From NCBI GenBank assembly GCA_001244265.2, contig CDLV01000010.1, forward strand, positions 1,178,001-1,242,000: a stretch of 64,000 bases of DNA, read 5' to 3'. Positions 37,607-48,683 of this stretch are shown here, one piece after another. Positions within the stretch are counted from its first letter, which is position 1. Each line of letters opens with the position of its first letter. Both the position numbers and the translations under genes were made by a program. Under the pieces are notes generated by a model. It worked only from the letters and a program-made list of their open reading frames with translations. It was not told where the DNA came from and did no database searches. This stretch comes from Microbotryum violaceum. Taxonomy: Eukaryota.

Positions 37607-39034
37607 ATGTCGAGGACCTTGCGTCCAGCGCTCCTGTTCCACCCAGACGGCAGTGGCTCAGACACCGCTTTGTCTCTAGGCGATCTCTTCCCCGAATGTG
37701 GCCAACACCCGCACGTGCAAGTTTTCGAGCAGGGACTGCCCCCGACACCATCACTTGCCCTTCACGATCGTAGGGATCATTGCTTGGCCGATAAAGCCGA
37801 CGAGACCGACTCGGACGTCGTCATGCACAATTCGACGGATGAGCACCGCGTAGACGCAACGTGGGACAGTAGCCGCCTCGCCTTGGATACGCTGGGTCTG
37901 GGACTGGGGCCACTCGACAAACGAGGTCACCATAAACCCTTCGACCTTGCCCCAAGTGATCACGATCCTACCCCGCTCCCAACACATCTCGAGGACATTA
38001 ACTTTTCGGACATCGCTCGACCGAACGTGGCCTCATCTCTGAACTTCTTCCACCGATCTTGCGCTGCTCCGCAGATGCCCCCCTCACCTCCGTCCCCGCG
38101 TCGCGACTTGAGCAAGAGCATCACCAGAAACATCCCGGCCGGATGCAGGGAAGTCCCCTGGGTCGAGGAAGAGGATGATCTTTCGTTCTGGTCCCTCCCA
38201 ACTTGCTGCCCATCGGACCACGGCCTCGGCACGAGTTCCATTTCCATCTACGCCGGCGAGCAGCAGTACCACAGCGACGCGAGCGCACCTCCTCTTTGTC
38301 CACTCGCCACGACCGCGCCTCCTCTTTGTCCACTCGCGAGTCCGCCTCCTTCGCCTCATCGAAAAGCTTTGTCATTGCCCGTTGCGCCTCCTGCGCCTCC
38401 CGCGACCCTGGCCCGAGAACCCTCGAGCGCACTCAAGCTCAAGTCGACCGCATCCTTATCGAGTGGTCGTCGTTCCTCTCGCGCACGACCCGAACGTCGT
38501 TCAACAGGCGATAGTCGAGGCCGAGGGAGAGAACCTGGATCCTCGCTCGACCGAAGAAAGGTCGATCGATCGCCTCCTCGCCGAACCTCGATGGGCGGCT
38601 CACTCAAGATTAGCAAGTCGATGCTGTCTGCGACGTGTTCCTTGGGTCGAAGGGAAGAAACACTTTGGCCTAGGCCCTTTTACGAAGCATGTCCGGAGGA
38701 TCCTCGATCATCGTCCCCTGTGGTCTCCGACGAAGAGGACGACGATGATTCCGACGAATACGACGCTCGATTCGTTGACCTCGCGGTCATTCGCCGATCC
38801 CTCCCTCGCCAAGGGAGCCGAAGTCCTTCCAAACCGACGAGCTCTCTTCAAATCCATCCGATGATAGATGGCTTATCAAACGATCCTCACGCCTTGGCCT
38901 CCCCACCTCGTCGGCGACACCGCCGATTGGAAAAACTGCACTCGGAGCAATGGTTCCTCTTCGCCGTTGCGGGGGCGAAGGAGCAGCGGACCGGTTTGGG
39001 CTATTGGTCCCATTTCGACTTGGACCTCTCCTAA
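37607..39034 (+). CDS. Hypothetical S/P/R-rich protein, 475 aa
   Basis: Long ATG-initiated ORF; internal 30-bp duplication (APPLCPLA x2, 38284-38337). Confidence 0.65.
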   Translation: MSRTLRPALLFHPDGSGSDTALSLGDLFPECGQHPHVQVFEQGLPPTPSLALHDRRDHCLADKADETDSDVVMHNSTDEHRVDATWDSSRLALDTLGLGLGPLDKRGHHKPFDLAPSDHDPTPLPTHLEDINFSDIARPNVASSLNFFHRSCAAPQMPPSPPSPRRDLSKSITRNIPAGCREVPWVEEEDDLSFWSLPTCCPSDHGLGTSSISIYAGEQQYHSDASAPPLCPLATTAPPLCPLASPPPSPHRKALSLPVAPPAPPATLAREPSSALKLKSTASLSSGRRSSRARPERRSTGDSRGRGREPGSSLDRRKVDRSPPRRTSMGGSLKISKSMLSATCSLGRREETLWPRPFYEACPEDPRSSSPVVSDEEDDDDSDEYDARFVDLAVIRRSLPRQGSRSPSKPTSSLQIHPMIDGLSNDPHALASPPRRRHRRLEKLHSEQWFLFAVAGAKEQRTGLGYWSHFDLDLS

Positions 39035-39270
39035 TGACTCTTCATAGAGACCACACACTTCTTTTCTATCTGTGCCCCGCATGTCGTTCGCCTTGTTCAG
39101 TATCCTTGTTGTGACCCTACCGTGCTCCTCTTTCCTTTGTTGCTTCATTTTGCTGGTTTTTGTTTGGTGTACTGTAGGCTATCGCTCTGATGACTGGATC
39201 TATCTTCGTCGAAATATTACAATGTTCTAATTATTCACTGTTCATGCGATAGTACGACACGACCCGGTCC

Positions 39271-40666
39271 TCAGAACTCCAACTTCCTGGCAACCTTCTT
39301 CCTCGCCGCATCCAACCCATCCTCAAAGCGCTCCCCACGTCTCTTTCCATTCTTCTTCTTTCTTACCCCCTCCGCATCCCCCTGCCCAATTGCTTCCATC
39401 CCTTCCTCCACCTCCTTCTTCTTCTCCACCTTGCTAGGTTTTGGTAACTTCCCCGGCGGTGTAGGGAGGGGATGTTTGGAGAAGTAAGTATGCAACAAGG
39501 CGTTCTTGGTCGAGATGCGTTTTCGGGGGTCATAGAGGAGTAGTCGGGTGAGGAGGTCTATGGCCTCGTTGGAAGCGGCGGAGAAGAGGAGACGGAGGTC
39601 TTGGCGCGGTTTGTGCGGTTCGAGGGATATGTAGTCCGGGAGGGATTTGTGGCCCTGCGGAGAGACGGGATGTGGTATCGGAGCCATGAGTGAACGATTC
39701 GACCTTGAGCATGAAGCAATCAAGCAAGCACTCACAGGCCAGTCCTTCTCCGTCGGTGTCCCCAGGGCCGAGAAGATGACGTTCAACTGCTCGACATCAC
39801 TCTCCGCGGCCATATAAGGCACCCTCAACATCAACTCTGCAAAAATGCATCCAGCGGCCCAAGTATCCACAGCGGTCGAGTAGGACCGCGCACCGAACAA
39901 GAGTTCGGGGGCTCGGTACCAGCGCGTGACGACTTGGGAGGTCATGCGGGCTGTGGAGGACGGGTCGGCGTATTCTCGTGCGAGACCGAAATCGGCGATT
40001 TTGAGTACGCCGTTCGAGGCAATCAACAAGTTGTTGGGTTTCATATCCTGGCGGCAGTGTATCAGCTGCAAGCGTTTGTGGGTTCTGATTCTACTCCGCT
40101 CAACTCGCACTCACTCGGTGCAAAATCCAATTGCGATGGCAGAACTCAAGCCCCTTGAAAGTCATGAGCATCCACGACTTGATGTCGGCGGCTTGAAAGA
40201 CGAGCGACCTGTCCTTGATGACGCCTTCCAGGTCGGCTTCGAGGAATTCGAGTACGAGATTGAGGTTGGACTTGTTGGAGAAGACGTCGAGGAGCTGCGA
40301 CAGGCAAGGATCGGGGTCAGCAGATTTGCGCGTGTGGGGGTGGAATGCGAGGCGAGGGACACGAACCTCGATGACGTTGGGGTGCTTGAGCTCGCGTAGG
40401 AACTTGACTTCTCTCACGGCGGACATGTCCAGCCCATCTTTGAATTGACCAACTTTGATCTAGGTCGAGATGGGGTGAAACGATTTAGCTCTGGGAGCGA
40501 ACGGACACGAACGAGGAGGATTGGGCTGAACCTTTTTGATAGCGACCAGTCTGCCCGTCTTGAGTTCCCTTCCGGCGTAAACGACGGCATAGGTACCTTC
40601 TCCGACTTTATTGTCCTTGCTGTAGAGCGATTGGATCTTGTTGTTGGCCGCTTCGGCGGCTTCCAT
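39271..40666 (-). CDS. KIN28: TFIIH kinase KIN28/CDK7, multi-exon
   Basis: VGEGTYAVVY, DMSAVREVKFLREL, HR|DMKPNNLL, DFGLAR, MTSQVVTRWYRAPELLFGA. Confidence 0.93.
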
Positions 40667-41204
40667 TCCGTGGACGAGGAAGGGGACGAAGACGGGGTCG
40701 GTTGCTGCCCCAGTCGACGTGTCGGACTCTGGAAGGTGTGCACGCCCGGCTGCTTCACAGCGAGAGCAGGAGCTTGGATGCTGGAGGATAGAGTAGCCTT
40801 GGGACTTGGTCTGGTCGGTCCGGTACCAGCGATGAGCGTGTCCAGCACGCGGATCGAGGGCAGAAACCGAGAGCTGGCTGCACTCCCACGGAGGAAGAGT
40901 CGCTCCCGGCGTTTCCATTTTCGGCCCACCTTTTGTTGCTTGAATATCGTCTAATGTGGCATGCGCGAATCACGGAAATATCACTGAAATGTTGGAGACT
41001 ACTATTCCCGAGTACGAGTTTTATTAAACGCGCGGCCCGGGTACTCGCGGGTACGTCACCACCCCCGGTCACGCGGCGCCAGTCGTCGAGTCACTTCGTC
41101 CCGCCCCCACCTGACAAGACCTGACACGCTCGCACGTTTTAGCTCCTTTTCAGTCCTCCCGACTGACCCCGCCCTACTTCTCTGACGCTTACCTATCCAA
41201 GCGA

Positions 41205-41852
41205 ATGAGACTTGCGTCGACCGTCTTGACTGTCCTCCTCTCACTCTTGCTCGTGCAGTGCTCGCACCTCGTCACCGCCACATCCCACGACGACTCCTCG
41301 TATCCCCCTTTCACACCCGAATCGGACCAGGATCCTCTTTCAGCGCAGGTGGTGTTCAACATGCAAAGCTCCAACGCCGATTCGCTCGCGGCAAACTCGT
41401 ACATTGTCGAGATTGAGACACCCACCGTCGCTGGATCATCCGGTTCGGTCGACAAGGTAGGCACTGCACATGCACTGAGCACATGCACTGATGCCTGCAG
41501 GATACGCTGACCCCTGAGAGGCCGACCGAGCTGACCGCCTTCCTCTCCCGTTTAAGGCCATCTCGGACGCGGTCGACAAGTTGATCGAGAACGTTAAACA
41601 AGCGCATCCTGAAGCCGAGGTCAAACACGTCTACAAGAGCGATCTCTTCACCGGTGCGAGTTTCAGAGTCGGCGACGAGACCACAAAGTCGCATTTGCAG
41701 AGGATCCAGGATGTCAAGGTGAGTACAAGGAGCGCTGTCCGAAACGCGGGACTGATTTCGGATTTGGGCGAATGTAGAACGTTTCACCCGTCCGAGTGAT
41801 ACATCATCATCAAGGAGGCGCAAGCGCAGAAGCGAAAACGACGACTTTTTGA
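41205..41852 (+). CDS. Small secreted peptidase-inhibitor I9 (subtilisin propeptide-like) protein, 3 exons
   Basis: Signal peptide; NSYIVEI...VKHVYKSDLFTGASFRV...LQRIQDVK|NVSPVRVI; stop at 41850-41852 with no S8 domain after it. Confidence 0.7.
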
Positions 41853-42304
41853 ACGGCAAATTAACCCCGAGTCCGAGTCGCTTCAGCAGGACCGTTCAGC
41901 CACTTGATCTATATTCTCTGAGACGTAGATACCATGTGCATCTCTACTGTTTATGCCTCGGAATGACTTGACCGTACACACTTTTGACTGCGACTCAGTC
42001 GGCACTCGTTCGAGCCGATGAAATTCCTTCCCCTCTGCTGTTTTCCGTTTCCCACTCGCAGTTGATAGCTTTTTTGTTCTGAGTAGATGTAATACTATAC
42101 TTTGATTCTGATCTTTCATCGATGCCCGAATTGTCGAGATGTCATACTCCGGTCTTCGGGCCCATCCCTGGCCGGTTGGTCTTTTTGGGCGCGACTCCCG
42201 CCCCCAAAGTGATTCAATCGATCGACATCGGCATTTCACGCTCCTCTTTCTTGTTCGCTCCCACACCGCACCACACGCGCAGTCCAACTCGCTCGACCTC
42301 ACCT

Positions 42305-43956
42305 ATGGAGTTGACGATCCAAACGCGTGGCGGGCGCCCTTCCAAGCGGTTCCCTCTCACCGTCTCGCTCAGTTCGAAGCAGCCGACCGTCGGCGAGCTG
42401 AAGCGACAGATCGAGAAGCAGACCAAGGTCGGTCTTGCATCTCCTGTTCCCCCCCGACTCCAAAAGCTTCAGCGTGTTTGCTGACCAACTCGCTCATTGT
42501 AACAGCTCGGCTTCCATCGTCAAAGGCTCACCACGCTCGACAAGAAGCTCCCGTTGGATGACGAGGACAAGAAAGTCGTCGACTTTGGCGTCAACGATGG
42601 CGACAAGCTCGAGATCAAGGACTTGGGGCCCCAAATGTGTGGGTTCGCAATCCGCAAATGTTCTTTTACAAGTTGGTTGCACTGCTGACTGTACTAGGTG
42701 CGCCTACTCACAGCTTGGTCGGCGGTCGTACGTCGCCCGGAGCTTCCGCGCTGGGCTGCAGTTCGGTCATCGGCGTGCTCGGAGTGTGTCAGCTGACGAG
42801 GCCTTGTAATTGACCCGGATGGCCAACAGTTCATGTCGGAATACGTGAGGCTACCTTCAGAATTGTCCTCGTCAGACCTCAGCCAGGGTACTGACTGATT
42901 CAACGCCTCCATTCCTTTCCCTTCCCCCGACATGGACACAGGCCGGCCCTCTCTTCATCCACCCCATCTTCTACTTTGGCTCAAAGTTGATCTACCGACA
43001 GGACTTTGTCCATTCGAGGATGCAAAAGTAGGCCATCGGCCATTTCATACTCTCTCCAAACCCTGTGGACTGACACCGGATCACCCTCTTCTCTCCTCTC
43101 GGACAGGATCGCTCTCGCGCTCGTAGTTGGACATTATGTCAAGCGTGAACTCGAGACCATCTTGTGAGCGTTCAAAGCGGTCCCTGTTCAATTTTTACCA
43201 AACGTCTGAATACGCTCCTTGGGACGGTCGCCAGTGTCCACCGTTTCTCATCAGCGACAATGCCCCTCTTCAACCTCTTTAAAAAGTTAGTCCCTTCCGC
43301 TTTCCCGCCAATTTCTCTGCTTCGCGCACAAGCACTGACCCCGAAAGAACGCACTTTCTTTAGCTGTGGCCATTACTGGGGTCTTTCGGGCCTCTTGCTC
43401 GCACCTCCCTTGTACGGTCCATGGAACGGCGCCCAAGCGCTCAAGGGAACGATCAGGGACACGGACAAGTGGATCTACGCCTGGGTCGCTCTTTGGGCTG
43501 TGAGTACCCCCACCACTCCCCAAACTCGAACTAGCAACCACAATCACTGATTATCCCCCCTCTCATTAATCACGCAGTTTGGTGAGCTCTCGAACCTGTC
43601 GACGCACATCACCCTACGCAACCTCCGCCCCGCTGGAACCAAGACCCGAGCAATCCCCCGTGGTTACGGTTTCGGTCTGGTGTCGTGCCCGAATTACTTT
43701 TTCGAAACGATCGCTTGGGTCGCTTTCACGGGTTTGACGTTGGATTATGCTGGTGCGTGATACAAAGTGGGCCTGGGGGAAGAGTTGATGCTGAAAAGAC
43801 TATTCCTTTGCTCCATCTTTACCAGCGGCCTTCTTCTCCGTCGTCGCGGTCGTACAGATGTACGTCTGGGCCGTCAAGAAGCACCGCAGATACCGCAAAG
43901 AATTTGGCAAGGACTACCCGAGGGGAAGGAAGGCCATGTTCCCCTTTTTGGCGTGA
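42305..43956 (+). CDS. TSC13: Very-long-chain enoyl-CoA reductase, multi-exon
   Basis: Ubiquitin-like N-terminus, IKDLGPQ, HRFSSATMPLFNLFK, IPRGYGFGLVSCPNYFFE, KKHRRYRKEF. Confidence 0.9.
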
Positions 43957-44369
43957 AAGAAGAGATGGCACTGCACGTTGTTTTGCGGAGGACTGGAAGA
44001 GTGGCAGAGGGCTACGCGGATCGCTACAGGTCTAATCATAGTGAAGAATCGATTGAACCTGCCTTAGGAGTTTTTGCGTTAGGATTTGTGAGGTTAGCTC
44101 CTCAATGGCTTCCAAAGTAGCGGGTTGTCCGCTTCTCGACATCCGCATAGCCTCGATGTCGTAGACATAAGGGAGGGAGGGAGAGAGGGAGAAGAAAACA
44201 AATTGCAGATCGGCCAAAACACCCAAAAGTTCGAAATCAAACCACAGACCGCTGCCCGCCTACTCGGACTCGGACGACATGGCTACGCTTGCACTCGTGC
44301 TCGACCCCACACCGGACAGGATCCAAAATACATCTCCAGCGCTCTTGCACATATAACCGCTGTCAGGCT

Positions 44370-45311
44370 CTACTCGTCCTTGCTTGTCTCGTATTTAGAC
44401 ACGTCGACGCCGTGGTGCGGGTGTCGGACAAAGTTGAACCTGATCGGGGTGGATGACACAAGAGTCAGTCCATACTATTTGCCAAAACGATTTTCAAAGG
44501 GTTCCGAGTGTGTCCTTACCAAGGCATGACACCGAACTTGAGCTGTGGTCAAGATTGACGCGAAAAAGTACATCAGCGCGCCTCGGTTCTCAGTTGATCT
44601 AGAGATTGGACTGACCTGAGACCAGAGCGAATTCCTATGCGCGACGCCCTGGATGTAAGGCGGCAAAGTCTGCTCGCCGTACAGAGGTTTTCCTGCCTTG
44701 GCCAAAGCGGTCATCTCCTGCTCGATCGCCTTCTCCTCGGCGAGGTTCTCTTTCCAGCCCCAGAGACGGACTGGGATCGAGAGGAGGGAACGGAATGTGA
44801 TACAAGGATGAGAGAGGGGAGAGTGGGGGACGGTCGCGTCAGTTCTTGAGTACGCAAGCTGGACGGCGGGAAGGTCGAGAGATTGCAAGGTTCGAATACT
44901 GACGGGACGAAGTCTGGTACGCGAGGAGGAAGCCGCCGGTGAAGCCGAGGAAGGCGGTCAGTCGCAGGCCGGGGCGCAGGCCTGCTCGGGTCATCTTGGT
45001 CGGGTCCGCCAGTTCTACGACGGGATGGAGGTGATAGTCAGTTCTGTCCTGTTCGTCTCTGTGCGGTCCTGCAGTGTTGCTTTGCCCGCGCGGATGCTGC
45101 TCCCCCTTCGCCCCTCGCGGTCCTCCGGCGCTGTCGCTGCCGAGTCCAACTCACCCAACCCATAAAACGCCAAAGGAGCGGCTGCGGTCATGCCAGCCCA
45201 CGCGGCATAATCGGCCGGTCGCATATACTTGATCACCCGCGTGGCGTGCGGGTCCGTATCGAGCACCGTGTACGGCGTCTTGAGTTGGTTGTCGCGCGCG
45301 ATCGGGGCCAT
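44370..45311 (-). CDS. NADH:ubiquinone oxidoreductase fungal 21-kDa (NUXM/20.9-kDa type) subunit
   Basis: PYTVLDTDPHATRVIKYMRPADY, GFLLAYQTSS, RLWGWKEN, QGVAHRNS, FNFVRHPHHGVD. Confidence 0.88.
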
Positions 45312-45676
45312 GGTGGGAGAGGGTGCAAGGGGGTGGGGGGTGGGGGTGCGGCGGAAGAGGAGGGGCGAGAAGATGGTGTGTGCGAAAAGAGGGATGTGGG
45401 TTGAGGGGTTGGAGTGAAGAGGCGAGCGGTCGAGCAGAGTGGACGAGGCGAGCGAGTGTGAGACGACTGGCCTCGACTGGCCTGGACGAGAATGAGAATA
45501 TTAATTCCAGCTAGTCTATTACAAAGAGACGACCCTTAATACCGGGGAGCGCCGAGTGCGGGGCGGGGCCGAGCGAGCGTCGTGCCGCTTTGACCTCTTT
45601 GCTCAGCGCTGATCGACACATCCTCGACCGTCCGGTTGGTCGCAACGACGACCGACTCACTCCCGCACCCTACACG

Positions 45677-48164
45677 ATGCCCGCCTCCGAATTCGAATCG
45701 ACCAAGGCCCAACCTTTAGCTTCAGTCGACCTCACCACCGTCGCCACCTCTAGCAACCACCCACCATCCACTCTGCGCATAGACGGACCCGTACGCTCCT
45801 CGACCTCGACCTCGACTGGGACTGGGACTGGGACTGCAACTGCAACTGCGGCTGTGCCGTCGACATGGAGTGTGGATCCCTCCTTCCAGGACATTGACTC
45901 GGACACCGATTCAGAGTTTGAACCACGTGATGACGACGATTGGCAGGCCATCATGGATGCATGTACGTCATCCCGTGTCGTTCGACAACAGGAAATGCCA
46001 CATCCTGAGCTCAAACTCAGTTCGTTGCAGCCGAAGCAGCCTTTTCAGATGATCAAGTCGACGAGATGATTTCTTACCTCAAGGAAAACGGCCTTTTCAA
46101 ATTTGTGGACCGTTATGTCGATCAAGAGAACATCCCGATACCCAAGCTTTTACTCGTCTTTGGCATCCTCATCGTCAGCGCGGAATCGAGTTCTCATCTG
46201 CCGGGTCCGCGAATCGAGCCGCTGATCCGCTGCCATGTTCATACCGCGTGAACTACAGCCCCCCCACGTCGATCGGATACATGATCAATTGAGGCTACTC
46301 AAGATCGCAGCTTCGAGGGTGTAAGCATCAAAATCCTTCTCCGAGACGAGCAGAGTGTGAAACCCATCCCTTTCCCACAGACTGCGCAACCGAGATCGAC
46401 TCGAGCAACACAGCACCGTTGACGATGTCGTCGAACTAATCCGTAAATCCAAGAACATCATGGTACTCACCGGAGCAGGCGTATCTGTGCGTCTTCTCTC
46501 TCGTGCCTCCCGTCTGTCGCAGGAAAATTCTCGACTCACCTCGTTGCCTCCGCTCGACCAATCGCAGACGTCGTGCGGCATCCCTGATTTTCGATCACCG
46601 ACAGGGTTATATGCAAAATTGAAGGAGGAGCACTGGGAATTGGAAGATCCTCAACAGGTGCGTGTTCATACCTTCTGCTTGACCTAAGCGGACTCGGGCG
46701 GCTCCGTCGTTTCAAGGCTAGCACAGACGCTGATGCCCTCTTTCGTTGTTCGCCCTGTCTTGGTTGGCAGATGTTCGATCTGGACTACTTCAAGGAAAAG
46801 CCCAACGTGTTCTACTCGTTTGCCAAAGTGCTTCAACGACTGGCAGCCCCTTGGGTCCTTGTATCAGATATCTGAACCTTTTTCATCAACTGCCGTTCAG
46901 GAAATCTACCCGTCCAACTTCACCCCTTCACCCTGCCACCGCTTCGTCAAAGTCCTCGAAGACAACGACAAGCTTCTACGCAACTACACGCAAAATATCG
47001 ACGGCCTTTTCGAACGCGCGGGCGTGCGCAAGATGTTGAATTGTCATGGTGCGTGGCGGACGAGAATTTCTCACACCCAGGACTCGGTGCTTCTTCCGAG
47101 GGGCTGATCTTTTGTGGCTTTTTGTTCGGTACATACCGACAGGCTCTTTCGCCACCGCTTCTTGTTTGCGTTGTCGAACCCAGTTCCCCGGATCGGCGAT
47201 CGAAGCCGACGTATTCGCCTCTCGAGTTCCATTATGTCCTCATTGCACCGCCTCGGACGAACAAGCAGCGCAACTCGCCACCCTATCCAAGAACGCAAAT
47301 AAGAAGAAAACCAAATCCTCCAACGCATGGCAATCCGATGCCTCCGACGACTCCCAAGACGGCGATGGCGGTCTAGACCGTTCCGAATGGTTCAACAAAC
47401 CGCTCATCAAACCGGACATCGTATTCTTCGGCGAACCCCTCCCCTCGACATTTGACAGGTCCTTGCTCTTAGATCGAGAACAGGTTGAGCTCCTCATCGT
47501 CATCGGCACCTCGTTGAGGGTTTCGCCTGTAGCGACGATCGTATCGCAGTTACCGCATTCGGTTCCGCAGGTGTTGATCAATAGGGACCCGATCACGCAT
47601 GCGAACTTTGACGTCGTTTTGTTGGGCGATGGGGATACGATCGTGACGCATTTGTGTGGGAGATTGGGCAAGGCGTTTGAATTAGGCGATGGGATTGGGA
47701 TGGGGGGAGGGGGAGGGGGAGGTGGCGTTCAGGCTGAAGGGGAGGGTATGGAAGGTCCCGAGAGGGTCGCGGAGAGTCATGTATGGTTATTCAAGGGGAG
47801 TGATAGGGAGAGTCGGTTCGTCAAGATGGTCAGGCAGGCCTATGAGGACGACGAGGAGGAGGATGGGCAAGGGCAAAGGGAAGGGAAAGGGGAAGAGGAA
47901 GAGGAAGAGGAGAGACAGAGTCCGGAAGGACAAGATCGATCAGAAGCACGAGAGGAAGGTCGTGAGGGAGAACAATCGACCTTGGTCACGGCCAGTGACT
48001 TGGTCCGATCGAAGAACCTCGATTCGTTCGACGACGAAGTATTAGAGGATGCTACACCGGATGTGATGCAAGATCCGAATAGAAAGCCCCAACCAAGTCG
48101 AAGCCGTAGTCCTCCATTTGATCCGGCAGAAGAAGAAGCGTCGAAACGGGTCAAAGTAGGTTAG
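45677..48164 (+). CDS. SIR2: Class I sirtuin NAD-dependent deacetylase (Sir2/Hst1-like)
   Basis: VLTGAGVS|TSCGIPDFRS, LLRNYTQNIDG, CH|GSFATASC, KPDIVFFGE, GTSLRVSP, QVLINR. Confidence 0.9.
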
Positions 48165-48463
48165 GACATCGTCGCCATCTCACCAGCCCGTTTCATCTCA
48201 AGCACGCCCAATTTCCACGTGTAGACTCCTGTCTTTTCATGTAATTTCCCCATTGTTTTTTGGTATTGGCTTGGCTTCCAACATCCCGAAACATTCTCGC
48301 AATCCCCCTAAGTTCGAGCAGCTGTCTTCTTGAGTTCTACTTCATTCTGTTCGCAAGCATCAAGGAGCATGGGGCAATTTAGGATAAATGGCATGTAAGG
48401 CACAAACAAACAGTTCGGTAGATCAAGGAGGAGAGAAAAAAAGTTTTTTTGGCATCAAAGACG

Positions 48464-48498
<35 letters not shown>
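48464..48498 (+). repeat. Poly(A) tract, ~35 nt, between convergent genes
   Basis: Read directly. Confidence 0.9.
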
Positions 48499-48500
<2 letters not shown>

Positions 48501-48683
48501 AGACTGATGGGTTCGGAAGGTTAAACAGTAGTGAGGTGGCGGGTCTGAGGTGGTTTTTGGTAGAGGACCAACAAGCATGCATGACAAATCGAGTAGGAGA
48601 GAGACCCAAAGTGTAGACACAACCGAACCCCTCAAAGGCAAGAGGGTTAAAACACAACAAGTCGTGGAAAGTTTCGAGTTGGA

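Noticed and set aside
48464-48498. Poly(A) as the tail of a retroposed element
   Set aside because: No target-site duplication or element body is visible.
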